Shown: piece after piece, positions 44,253 to 53,623 of the stretch | How positions within the stretch are numbered: position 1 is the stretch's first letter | How the letters are laid out: every line of letters begins with the position of its first letter | Virus record (IMG/VR): IMGVR_UViG_3300044506_000040 | Strand: one strand, 5' to 3' | Length of the DNA: 57,570 nucleotides | DNA from: an uncultured virus (IMG/VR IMGVR_UViG_3300044506_000040) | Taxonomy: Duplodnaviria > Heunggongvirae > Uroviricota > Caudoviricetes | Made by a program: the position numbers and the translations under genes | The notes under the pieces: model-generated | Told to the model about the DNA's origin: nothing | Databases searched by the model: none | The model's input: only the letters and a program-made list of their open reading frames with translations

Positions 44253-46697
44253 TTAATCTTCGAACACCTTCTTCTCGAGGAAGTCGGTGAAGCTCATGCT
44301 GCCGCTCTTAACGATCCCGCCGTTGGCCCATTCGACCACCTTGCCAGCGTTCAGGATGTAGTAGTGACCGTCACCGATTTCCATCAGGGGGATGGCTTGC
44401 TTCGGGAACGTGTCGCTACGGCTCAGGTCTTCGTACATCTCGACCGCGCTCAGGTGACCGCGCGCCGCGCCGTAAACTTCATTGCCGCCGCAAGCAATGT
44501 AGCCGAAGTCCTTCAGGTACTTGCGGTACGCGACCGGAAGCTTGAAGCCGATGGCCTTCTCGAGTGCCGCGATTTCTTCATCGTTGGCGCCCTTGAACTT
44601 CGCCTTCTTCGACTTGGCGGTTTCCATCAGACCTTCGAGGGCAACCTTCTTGCCGTCGACATCCCAGCCGTGATGTTCGAACGTGGCGTCCACGCGCTCG
44701 AGGACAGCGTCCAGACGTTCGCCCGCTTCCTTCAGGAGAGCTTCACGTTGTTCCGGATGCGTCTTGATCTTCTTGTCGAACTCGGCCTCGATTTGACACA
44801 CGTCGTGCACGATGTGAATGCGAATGCCTTCGCTCGGAATCACTTCGGCTTTGTCGTAGATCTTGTCGATGATCGCAGCGTGATGCTCGCCCACGGCGCC
44901 TTCTTCAACTTCGGTGTAGGCTTCCTTGGCCGGCTTCAGTTCCGCGCCTTCGATTTCCGGCGTTTCGCCCGTCTTCGTCGGATCCACGGCGTGGCCTTCG
45001 ATGTCGCACGTCGACTTGCTCGGGTCGACTGCTGCACCATGCACCATGTCCGTGGCTTCGTCCTTCTTGCCTTCCGTTGCGGCATGCATCGGGGCATCGA
45101 GGTCGTCCGTGTTGATCGGCTTGTCGCCATTGATCTGCTTGGCTTGCGCTGCCAGGCCCGGATTGACCGCCGGCGTGCTTTCCTTGTGCAGGTTGGCATC
45201 GCCTTCACCGCGTGCGAACGCACCCGATTCCGGATTGTCCATGCCTTCCATGGCGTGGTTCTTCGCATTGAAGATGGCACGCAGGGCCAGGTAGTTCAGG
45301 TACTTGCTGGCCTTCAGCGCACGAGCGACTTCTTGCTGTGCCGGCGTTTGCACGGCACGCATCAGCACGCGCGAGACCGCGAGGATCTTCTCGTACAGAT
45401 GCACCGAACCCATGGCGTGTTCGCCTGCGTCTTCGGCCTTCGCGTCGGCTTGACCCTTGGCTTCCGCAGCCTTGACCGCGCCTTCCATCTCGTCGATCAT
45501 GCGCGCCACTTCACGCTCAGTCGACAGGAAGTAACGCACGTCGTTGATGTAGCCTTCCGCGGCTTCCAGCACGCGACCGATGTCGCTGCCGTTGAGCACG
45601 ATCTTGCCCTTGTCGTCGCCCACGCCTTCGTAGATGGCGCGAGCAGCCATGACCGGCGCAGCAACCGCGTGAGCCATACCGCCCGTCGTGGCACCCACCA
45701 CCGGCAGAGCCGACGCCACCACGCGACCACCGAACGACTGCACACCCGCCATGATGGCGTTACCGACCGTCGCCCCGATGGGCTTGGACAGCGTGACCGG
45801 CTTGGCGCTTGCGAGCACGTCCAGACGGTTCTTGCCGCCGCGCTTGACAGCGACAAACTTGGACGAGCCGAAGCCTTCCACATCCAGGAGGTGCTCGTCG
45901 AACAGTTCCGAGGGCGACTTCAGTTGCTCGACAGCCTTCGCGAGCTTTTGCACATCCGCGTCGGTCTTCAGGCTCGAGCCGCGCAGCAGCTTCGCAAGCG
46001 CATCGATTTCGGCGAGTACGCGCTTCGGGTATTCCTTGAGCGCGAAGTTCGACATCTGGCGGTCTTGACGCAGCAAGCCCATGAAGTCGCTGAAGCGATA
46101 TTCCTTCATCGCCTTCGTGTTCGACAGGAAGTAGTCGAGGCCGACGAAGGCCACGGCGATTTCCTGATTGCCGATCTTGTTCTTCTTCGAGTTGTACTCG
46201 GCCTTGTTCTGGAGCGTCTTCTTCTCGTACTTGTTGAGAATGCCCGAGGTCGAGCGGAAGAAGTCGCCGATCACGTCCTTGTGGTGCTTGAAGTGCAGCA
46301 CGTAATCTTGGAACAGATTGAAGATCACCTGACGGAAACCTTCGAGCGCCACCGCGCCCTGTTCTTCGATCGATTGCGTCTCGACGCTTTCCATCGACGG
46401 CAGATTGATTTCGTAGCCGACGGTCGTCGCGCAGCGTTGCGCGGCGTCACGGATGAGGCCGAGCGTAACTGCGTTCAGTTCCTTGCGCTCGATCAGACCT
46501 TCGAGCTGGATGCTGTAGTCACGGATGGCTTCGGCGGCGACGTTCATCGCATTGCCGTAGTCCGCCCATGCATCAGCGCTGTCAGCGTAGCTGCCCAGCT
46601 CCGAATCCCCACCTTCGGGCAGGGAGTCGTCCAGGTTCTCGAGCGTGAGGCCGCGGTCACCAAACGCCGCCTTATGGATGAGGGTATTCAGGTCCAT
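44253..46697 (-). CDS. virion head polyprotein with C-terminal SMI1/KNR4 (SUKH) domain
   Basis: SME/ALE/AME/ATE sites; C-terminal EEIAALEKAIGFKLPVAYRKYLKDFG...GDGHYY...SFTDFL. Confidence 0.8.
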   Translation of the reverse strand: MDLNTLIHKAAFGDRGLTLENLDDSLPEGGDSELGSYADSADAWADYGNAMNVAAEAIRDYSIQLEGLIERKELNAVTLGLIRDAAQRCATTVGYEINLPSMESVETQSIEEQGAVALEGFRQVIFNLFQDYVLHFKHHKDVIGDFFRSTSGILNKYEKKTLQNKAEYNSKKNKIGNQEIAVAFVGLDYFLSNTKAMKEYRFSDFMGLLRQDRQMSNFALKEYPKRVLAEIDALAKLLRGSSLKTDADVQKLAKAVEQLKSPSELFDEHLLDVEGFGSSKFVAVKRGGKNRLDVLASAKPVTLSKPIGATVGNAIMAGVQSFGGRVVASALPVVGATTGGMAHAVAAPVMAARAIYEGVGDDKGKIVLNGSDIGRVLEAAEGYINDVRYFLSTEREVARMIDEMEGAVKAAEAKGQADAKAEDAGEHAMGSVHLYEKILAVSRVLMRAVQTPAQQEVARALKASKYLNYLALRAIFNAKNHAMEGMDNPESGAFARGEGDANLHKESTPAVNPGLAAQAKQINGDKPINTDDLDAPMHAATEGKKDEATDMVHGAAVDPSKSTCDIEGHAVDPTKTGETPEIEGAELKPAKEAYTEVEEGAVGEHHAAIIDKIYDKAEVIPSEGIRIHIVHDVCQIEAEFDKKIKTHPEQREALLKEAGERLDAVLERVDATFEHHGWDVDGKKVALEGLMETAKSKKAKFKGANDEEIAALEKAIGFKLPVAYRKYLKDFGYIACGGNEVYGAARGHLSAVEMYEDLSRSDTFPKQAIPLMEIGDGHYYILNAGKVVEWANGGIVKSGSMSFTDFLEKKVFED

Positions 46698-46771
46698 TGT
46701 CCTTTTCCTGTTTCATGGATAATAGATAGCTACAGATGAAACAGCTATTCATCAAATGATTTATGCCTGTC

Positions 46772-48889
46772 TTATGGCAACGTGGCCCATTGCGCCCACA
46801 TCGGTTCTTCCTCGACGTGGAAGCCTTCCATGGCGTAGCCGTTCAGCACCATGTTGTCCGAGAACTCTTGCAAGAGAATCGGGCTCAGGTCCATCGGGGT
46901 TTCGCCGGCCGTGTTCAGCTCCGGGTCCATGGTCATGTAGCTCTCACGCGAGATCGCACCCACCAGCGGCGAATTCTCAAAGCCCATGATCTCATTGACC
47001 TGCTCGCGACTCCAGTTCATGATGTCGATCGTGCGGCTCGAGATGTTCACCTCGTTGCCCGTATCCAACACCACGTCGTAGATGTCGACGTCTTCATCCT
47101 GCCCCAGACGCTTCACCCGAGCGACGGCCTGATCGTATTCAAACGAGCGGAACGGGGAGTTCATCATGATCTCCACATTCGCCATCACGAGCGGGACCGC
47201 CGACGAGAGCGACTGATAGGTCGCAATCATCGGGTTGGCGTCTTCCGAATTCTTAAACTCGTTCACCATGCCAGCGAGTTCGTTGTTGGTTTCCCCATAG
47301 ACCCGCAACGGATGATAGCCGCGCGCCTTCAGGTAATCCCCTGCTGCATCCACTGCACCCACATAGCTGGTAAAGATGAGCGTCTTCTTCAAGGCGCTAT
47401 CGATGATGTTCTCCAGCCCCATGTGTGGCACCATGTCGGCAATACACTGGCCACGCTTGCGGCCCAGCACGTTGCCCAACGCTTCCCCTTGCACCTTCAG
47501 TTTGTAGTACTTGACCACCGACTTCGATTGCTTGAGGTTATCGCGCAGCTGCTTAGGCAGCGCTGGCATGATGATCTTCTGTTCGTACTTGTTGCACCAG
47601 ACGGCCATCTCCTGATGCATCTTCGGGTCATAGCCCCGGCGGATCTGTTTCATGTACCGCATGTACGTCTTGAAGTTGTCCTTCTGCTCAGGCGTAATCA
47701 GCGTGCGTTCAAACTGGTAGATCGCCTGGTCATACATGCGCTCGTACATCCGCATGTTGGACTGGTAATGCTGCACCCGCTCCTGGATGAAGGCTTTCAT
47801 CTCAGCACGGATGGCGGTCAGGGTGTAGTCCTTCGCGTTCGGGATCACCACCTTGACCTTGTGGTGCGTGACCTTCACATCCACCACGCTGTTGGAGTCA
47901 ACCTTGTAGGTGACCTTGCCGAGACGGTGCGCAAGCACGTCATTGGCGCGACTCGTGTTCTTGCCGTAGATCGCCTTGAAGCGCATTTGCGCGTCTTCAT
48001 CGAACATCGGATCGATCGTACGGAACAGAGGCGCCATTTCGCCGCCTATGGCCTTCACAGGCGTGCCCGACTCCCACAGTACATACTGACAGCGCGTGAC
48101 GTTACAGAGCTCAATAAAGAGCTGCGTACGCAACGCTTCCATTTCATTCATCCCGTGCGACTCATCCAACAGGATCACTGGTTTGCTCCAGTGGTTCTGG
48201 CGGACGAACTCCATGAACTTCGGCAGGAAGTCGTAGTGGATGATGTAGTACTTCTTGCCCCGGGGAATGGCCGTACCCATCTGGGAGTGCCAGTAACCCA
48301 CCGGACGCTTGAACTGCTCGACGATCGTATCTTCCCAGACCTTCTTCACAGCCCGTGGCGGACAGACGATGATGGTCACATCCGCGTGCAGCATCAGGGA
48401 GAGCGACAGACCCATGAAGGTCTTGCCCGTGCCCGGTCCTGCACCGAGGAGTGCCCCACGCAACTTGAAGCGCGGGATCATCTCGTTAAACCAATCGAAG
48501 AAGCCGTCCTGGTGTTCCAGCGGACCCCACTTCAGTTGGTTCAGCTGTTGGCGATCCAGGATGTCGGGATGCCGTACGAGCGTGTCTTTGAGCCACGTGT
48601 GCTCGTACATGAGCGCCACGATCTTCTTGAGCGCGCGGATCGGGGCACCCTTGCGCTTTTCGTTGATGATGCGCGTGAAAGCATAGACGACGTCCACGGC
48701 AAAAAAACGATTGAATGATACTTCCGACGGCGTAATTCTGGAGAACAGGTTCTCCGCGATCTTACTGGTTCCCCACACCTCGTAGATCGTCTTCATTACG
48801 CTATCGCCGGGTAAGCCAGTAATGCGGATGAGATCTCCGCTTTCCTGGACCTCGATCAGACCGAGGACTCGACGCAACGCCGCAAACAT
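46772..48889 (-). CDS. SF2 (SNF2/DEAD-like) helicase, probably virion-associated
   Basis: GPGTGKT, DESH, SGTP, QAVARVKRLGQ. Confidence 0.9.
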   Translation of the reverse strand: MFAALRRVLGLIEVQESGDLIRITGLPGDSVMKTIYEVWGTSKIAENLFSRITPSEVSFNRFFAVDVVYAFTRIINEKRKGAPIRALKKIVALMYEHTWLKDTLVRHPDILDRQQLNQLKWGPLEHQDGFFDWFNEMIPRFKLRGALLGAGPGTGKTFMGLSLSLMLHADVTIIVCPPRAVKKVWEDTIVEQFKRPVGYWHSQMGTAIPRGKKYYIIHYDFLPKFMEFVRQNHWSKPVILLDESHGMNEMEALRTQLFIELCNVTRCQYVLWESGTPVKAIGGEMAPLFRTIDPMFDEDAQMRFKAIYGKNTSRANDVLAHRLGKVTYKVDSNSVVDVKVTHHKVKVVIPNAKDYTLTAIRAEMKAFIQERVQHYQSNMRMYERMYDQAIYQFERTLITPEQKDNFKTYMRYMKQIRRGYDPKMHQEMAVWCNKYEQKIIMPALPKQLRDNLKQSKSVVKYYKLKVQGEALGNVLGRKRGQCIADMVPHMGLENIIDSALKKTLIFTSYVGAVDAAGDYLKARGYHPLRVYGETNNELAGMVNEFKNSEDANPMIATYQSLSSAVPLVMANVEIMMNSPFRSFEYDQAVARVKRLGQDEDVDIYDVVLDTGNEVNISSRTIDIMNWSREQVNEIMGFENSPLVGAISRESYMTMDPELNTAGETPMDLSPILLQEFSDNMVLNGYAMEGFHVEEEPMWAQWATLP

Positions 48890-48956
48890 AGTCTATTCTC
48901 TTTCCTTAGGGCGTGATAGGAGTGCGGTTGCCCGCACCCCCGATCACAGTGTAGTG

Positions 48957-50030
48957 TTACGCGTCTTGCTTGTTCAGCTTGTTCAGGCGCTCCTGCGTCG
49001 CGTCGCTTTGGCGACGCATGCGATCCTTGAGGGTTTCGGTGTCCGAACTACCTTCACCGCCCCCGACGCTACGGCCCAGCTTGTTCATCCGTTCCTGGAA
49101 CCGATCGAGGCGGCCGTTCATGTCCGCGCCTTTCTGCGTCGGCGTCGGAGCCGGCGTCGGCTTCTTGATGTGAGTGGTCGGCGTCTCACCACGGTTCAGC
49201 GCATCGATCTCTTCCTGGATCTCGGCCTGACGTTCCGGCGAGTCACCATGGATCTTCGACATCTGGAGCTTGTGCTTGGCGAGCGTGTTATCCGGCACAT
49301 GCTTGCCCGACGACACGATCGGCGTCTCGGCCTTGCCAGCATCGCGCTGCGCCTTCAGCTTCTTGAGCGTCGTGAAACGCGCGCCGTGCATCATGCGTGC
49401 TTGACGGACGGCGAACTTCACCGTGGCCGCATCGATGATGTCGCTATCGAGCAGCTTGCGAATGAACGAGTTCGACGCGCCTTGTTGCCAGAGCACGGCT
49501 TGCTCGGCACCGAAGTGCATGGCCTTCTCCAGACCCGTGATCATGTCCTCGACCTTCGCGCCACCAGCGGTCACCGCGTAGTTGTCGGCTTCCTTCTCGT
49601 GCGTGATGAATTCGTGGTAGCCGCCCCATCGTTGCTGTTCGAGGTGGCGGTGGTTCACGTGACCGTACTCGTGCTGCACCACGGCGTCGAATTCGCCTTG
49701 CGACATCGACGCCTTCAGCTTCGAGCTAAAGAGCGCGAGGTACACATCAGGCGGGTACTCGACGACCTTCTTGATCTCGGGCAGGAGCGACGGGTTGTTC
49801 GTGGTCGTTGCGTCCACGTAGCCGCCCTCGACAGCCCGCAGGAAGTCTTTGGCCTTCTCCAGCATCGGACGGGCAAAGACGAAGACACAGGCGCCCCCCA
49901 TGCCCGCGAGCACGGGGTCGTCAGTGATGAGCAACTCGACGTGGCGCTTGTTGATCATTTCCGCTTCGAGCGCGGGACGGAAGTTCGGTTCGAGGCCGAG
50001 CGACCAGAGTTGTGAAACAAAGCTTTTCAT
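48957..50030 (-). CDS. HExxH zinc metallopeptidase-like protein (M48-like), probably virion
   Basis: VVQHEYGHV...HEKEADNYA; N-terminal GLE/ALE sites. Confidence 0.75.
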   Translation of the reverse strand: MKSFVSQLWSLGLEPNFRPALEAEMINKRHVELLITDDPVLAGMGGACVFVFARPMLEKAKDFLRAVEGGYVDATTTNNPSLLPEIKKVVEYPPDVYLALFSSKLKASMSQGEFDAVVQHEYGHVNHRHLEQQRWGGYHEFITHEKEADNYAVTAGGAKVEDMITGLEKAMHFGAEQAVLWQQGASNSFIRKLLDSDIIDAATVKFAVRQARMMHGARFTTLKKLKAQRDAGKAETPIVSSGKHVPDNTLAKHKLQMSKIHGDSPERQAEIQEEIDALNRGETPTTHIKKPTPAPTPTQKGADMNGRLDRFQERMNKLGRSVGGGEGSSDTETLKDRMRRQSDATQERLNKLNKQDA

Positions 50031-50044
50031 GATTGTCTGCTCAC

Positions 50045-51163
50045 TTAGCACATGCCGATGACTTTGAAGAAATTGAGCGCTTCATGTTGCTCATACAGCG
50101 AGATGTTCTCTTCCATCTCGTGGCCGATGTAGAAGAAGCTCGTCGTGATGTGGCGCACCAGATCAGTCATCGGTGCCTTGATCCAGTTCACGTAGTGTTT
50201 GTTCAGGCCCAGAAGCTGCTTGACGGCTTCGGCGCTACCGTCTTGAGCACCGGTGCTCAGCTTCTTGACCATCGTGTCCGTGAGGCGCATCATGCCTTGG
50301 GCGGCCGAGACGAGTTGCTTGTACTCGCCGTTCTTGAAGTTGTCCATCTCGTCGAGCACGCCTTCCATGTTCGCGTAGACCTTGGCGAGGTCCTCGATCG
50401 TCATGGGCGTGAAGAGAATGTCTTGGTGGCCGACTTGCTTCTCGGCGAGCACCAGACGGTGCGCGTCCAGATCGCTGCCACCGCCACCGTACGTCACGCT
50501 CACGTTGCCCAGCATCTCTTGCTGACCGACGTGGAACGCATTGTGTTCCATTTCCTGAACGATGCGCTCGTAGAGGCCGGCAGCGTTTTCCACCGTCGCG
50601 GCTTCCAGCGTCTTGCTGATCTTCACGATCCGCTGATCGACGATGTACTTCGCGTAGTCATCGGTCACCACCGTGACAGCAGCACGCGTGCGCGTGAGGG
50701 CACCCAGGAGCTCTTCAGCGCCCGTGATGGCCTTGCCGCCGATCATGAAGGCTTGCACGTTGGCGTGGGCGATCACGATGTCTTTGTGCGAGTCTTTGAG
50801 CTTTCGGTAGACTTCCGGGTTCGTGCTGAGCGACTTGACCTTCGTCATCATGCGCTTGATGTGCAGACGTCGACGACCGAGCACCGTGAAGTGCGCTTCG
50901 AAGAACGCGACGATCTTTTCCCAGATCTTCTTCAGGAAGGCCAGGAACTGCTGCCAGTACGCCTTGAGGGTCTCCCCCAGGCTTTCGAGTGCGATGCCTT
51001 CCATCGCGACGTTCAGGCCTTGCAGACCGATCAGGTGTTCACGGATCTCGTCGAGCATGCTCACGCTGTCACAGATCGTGTTGTGGTCGAGGATGTAGTG
51101 CTCGATCTCCAGATGGTCTGGATGCTGATCGGCTGGCTGATTCAGGATTTCGATGTCGTCCAT
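50045..51163 (-). CDS. virion internal head protein
   Basis: AMEGIALES followed by WQQFLAFLKKIWEKIVAFF helix. Confidence 0.75.
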   Translation of the reverse strand: MDDIEILNQPADQHPDHLEIEHYILDHNTICDSVSMLDEIREHLIGLQGLNVAMEGIALESLGETLKAYWQQFLAFLKKIWEKIVAFFEAHFTVLGRRRLHIKRMMTKVKSLSTNPEVYRKLKDSHKDIVIAHANVQAFMIGGKAITGAEELLGALTRTRAAVTVVTDDYAKYIVDQRIVKISKTLEAATVENAAGLYERIVQEMEHNAFHVGQQEMLGNVSVTYGGGGSDLDAHRLVLAEKQVGHQDILFTPMTIEDLAKVYANMEGVLDEMDNFKNGEYKQLVSAAQGMMRLTDTMVKKLSTGAQDGSAEAVKQLLGLNKHYVNWIKAPMTDLVRHITTSFFYIGHEMEENISLYEQHEALNFFKVIGMC

Positions 51164-51298
51164 TTTTTGTCTTCCACGGTGGAATAAATATTGCACCAGT
51201 TCAGTACCCGGCATAACAACGGAACCGACCCAAGCCACCCCAGGGATTGCAGGGCGGCCTGGAGTCGATTCCATGAACGAGTACTACTGTTCACATAA

Positions 51299-52888
51299 TT
51301 ACACCGGCGAAAAATCGAAGAACGGCTTCTCATCCTTACTACCGATTGGACCACCGCCGACAGCACGACGCGAGAGATCTTTGCGTCCTTCGTCGAAGGG
51401 AATCCCGTACTTCTCGAACTTGAGGACCGTGTACAGATCCTTGGGGTTCGTCTGACCGATGATCCGGTGCTTACCGCGCTGGCAGGTCAGGAACGACTCG
51501 CCATTGACCTTCTCGATGTGGATGAAGATCTCCAGGTCAACTTCCTGGTCGATCTGCTTACAGCCCCGATAATAGCCCTTGCCGGGCAGTTCCTGCACGA
51601 AGTCCGCTTTACCGTCGCGGATCATCTGCTTGGCGTCCGTCGAGAGCTGGTGCGGCGTCACGAACGCAATCTTCTTAGCGCTCATGAAGTTACGCACTCG
51701 GCGATACATGTCTTGCACGTCGGTGCCCGTCGGTCCTTGTGCGCAACCGGTCGTCGGCAGCATCGGGAGGTAGTCAGCCATGCACATGAAGATCTCGTAA
51801 CCATCGGCTTCGAGTTCGAGCATGCGGTTGCACAGATGCTTGTAGGTCCAGTCCGAAGGATTGACCCGCTCCATGATGACTTCGAAGCCATTGACGCGCA
51901 GACGCTCGGCCACGTACTTCGACATCACCAGCACGAACTCGTCCTTCTCTTCCTGCGTCATGACCTTGAAGTCTTCCTTCGTCTTCACCACGATCTCGTC
52001 GGCACGACCATCGTAGTTCATGATGACTTCGTAGGCGTACTGGAGATTCAGTTCCAGATCGTCTTCGAAGCTAACACGGTAAAGCAAAGGCTTCTTCACG
52101 GGCACAACTTCCGGGAACGCTGTCTCCGGAGTGTTGAAGAGGGCGACGCCAATAAAGGTTCCGAGGGAGAACCCCGTCTTAAAGTTATGCTGGAGCGCAC
52201 CGATCACGGTTTCCTGGCCGCGACGGTAGCCGCCGCGCAGCATGCGGTTAATACCCTGCCAGGGCGTCTTCAGGACGCTGCCACCTTCTTCGGCCTTCTG
52301 CACTTCCTTGAAGACCTTGACGACTTCTTCGATGTGCGCGAAGTTGACGGAGGAGACAATCGCAGGGTCACGCCGTTCGCTGTCAACAGTGAAGGGTTCC
52401 AGGTCCGTCACGAGTTGCGACAGGAACTGCTTCATGTTGACGATCTCGCCACGCTTGAAGCGAATCGCAGTCGAGGCGTTGTTGACGATCTCTTGCGCCT
52501 TCTGTTCTTGCAGCACATCGTGCAGCGAGCGACGCAGGTTGACGGCGGTGCGCTTGATCTTGTTATCTGCGAGCTCTTTGTCGATGCCTTCTTGGAGCGA
52601 ACCAAACAGCGCTTCGTCGGTATTGCAATCCACCTTCAGCTGCTGCAACAGTTCGATCGGCTCGTACTCATGGTCGAGCGGCTGCTCGCACATCGTCAGA
52701 GCGGTCTTCTTCAGACCGGTGATGATATCTCGTTCGTTGTCCAGACCCATCTGTACTTGTGGATCTTTGATCAACCCGAGAATGCTGCGCACCAAAGCGC
52801 TACTGTTCTCGTGACTCCCCAGGAGTTGTGACTCACGATACAACAAGGTGATGCACTTCACCAGGAGGAGCTTGGCATTCGGGTTCAT
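51299..52888 (-). CDS. DnaB-like replicative helicase (phiKZ gp118-like)
   Basis: GGYRRG...GALQHNFKTG, SFED, DY, TPHQLS, DQEVD, RGKHR; divergent from the capsid gene as in phiKZ. Confidence 0.9.
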   Translation of the reverse strand: MNPNAKLLLVKCITLLYRESQLLGSHENSSALVRSILGLIKDPQVQMGLDNERDIITGLKKTALTMCEQPLDHEYEPIELLQQLKVDCNTDEALFGSLQEGIDKELADNKIKRTAVNLRRSLHDVLQEQKAQEIVNNASTAIRFKRGEIVNMKQFLSQLVTDLEPFTVDSERRDPAIVSSVNFAHIEEVVKVFKEVQKAEEGGSVLKTPWQGINRMLRGGYRRGQETVIGALQHNFKTGFSLGTFIGVALFNTPETAFPEVVPVKKPLLYRVSFEDDLELNLQYAYEVIMNYDGRADEIVVKTKEDFKVMTQEEKDEFVLVMSKYVAERLRVNGFEVIMERVNPSDWTYKHLCNRMLELEADGYEIFMCMADYLPMLPTTGCAQGPTGTDVQDMYRRVRNFMSAKKIAFVTPHQLSTDAKQMIRDGKADFVQELPGKGYYRGCKQIDQEVDLEIFIHIEKVNGESFLTCQRGKHRIIGQTNPKDLYTVLKFEKYGIPFDEGRKDLSRRAVGGGPIGSKDEKPFFDFSPV

Positions 52889-52983
52889 GTTGATTAGTTA
52901 TAAATAATGTGAGACTGATTTTTCCGGGACATAGAGTTGTCCCCGGGTGTTTTTTCTTACCACGTGTTCTTTCTTCGGGAGCG

Positions 52984-53568
52984 ATGATGACACCTGCCCG
53001 ACCGATCAAGAAGGTTGTCCTGGTCCCGTACTGGGTGCAGGAAGCCCTCGCTCGGCACCACTGCGGTCTGCAAGACGCGCTGAACTTCGATCAACTGGTG
53101 CGCTTTATTAACACCAATGATTTGATTGGATATCTCTCGCTTCAGGATTACCTCCTGGAGCTCGCTGGTTACGAGGTGCACGGCAACGTCCTCGAAACCA
53201 AGTGGAACGAATCCGCTTGTTCGGACAGTTCCAAAACACTTTTGACGCAAACTATTATTCCGCTGGCTCACAACCCGGAGTACTTGGAAGACGTCAGCGA
53301 CCGGTTGTTCTCGCAGAATTCTGTGTGTGACCGACTGCCGCACCACGAAAATGCCTTTAATGTATATGACAGCACTCATGATGCTGCCTGCATCGTCATT
53401 AATCCGGGGTTCTTCACCGAAGAAGCCGGCTCTGACGGGCATCGTGCGGCACTCATCGTCGCAGTGTTAAAAGTATTGTATGCGTACAACGCGTACCACG
53501 AGGTGGCTCACACCCCTCTGTTCAAGCGTTATCTTGAATTGTTGGCTAAGAAAGAGCTGACGGTTTAA
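52984..53568 (+). CDS. conserved jumbo-phage protein between DnaB and capsid genes
   Basis: Syntenic position. Confidence 0.65.
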   Translation: MMTPARPIKKVVLVPYWVQEALARHHCGLQDALNFDQLVRFINTNDLIGYLSLQDYLLELAGYEVHGNVLETKWNESACSDSSKTLLTQTIIPLAHNPEYLEDVSDRLFSQNSVCDRLPHHENAFNVYDSTHDAACIVINPGFFTEEAGSDGHRAALIVAVLKVLYAYNAYHEVAHTPLFKRYLELLAKKELTV

Positions 53569-53623
53569 GGTCAACAAGCCCCAGTAGTAGTCTTCTTTTT
53601 AACTAAAAGGTTAGGGATCACTC

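Noticed and set aside
41806..48718. Very long + strand ORFs (798, 791, 651 aa) opposite the head and helicase genes
   Set aside because: Antisense shadows caused by GC-rich codon bias; no RBS or motifs, while the - strand ORFs carry clear family motifs
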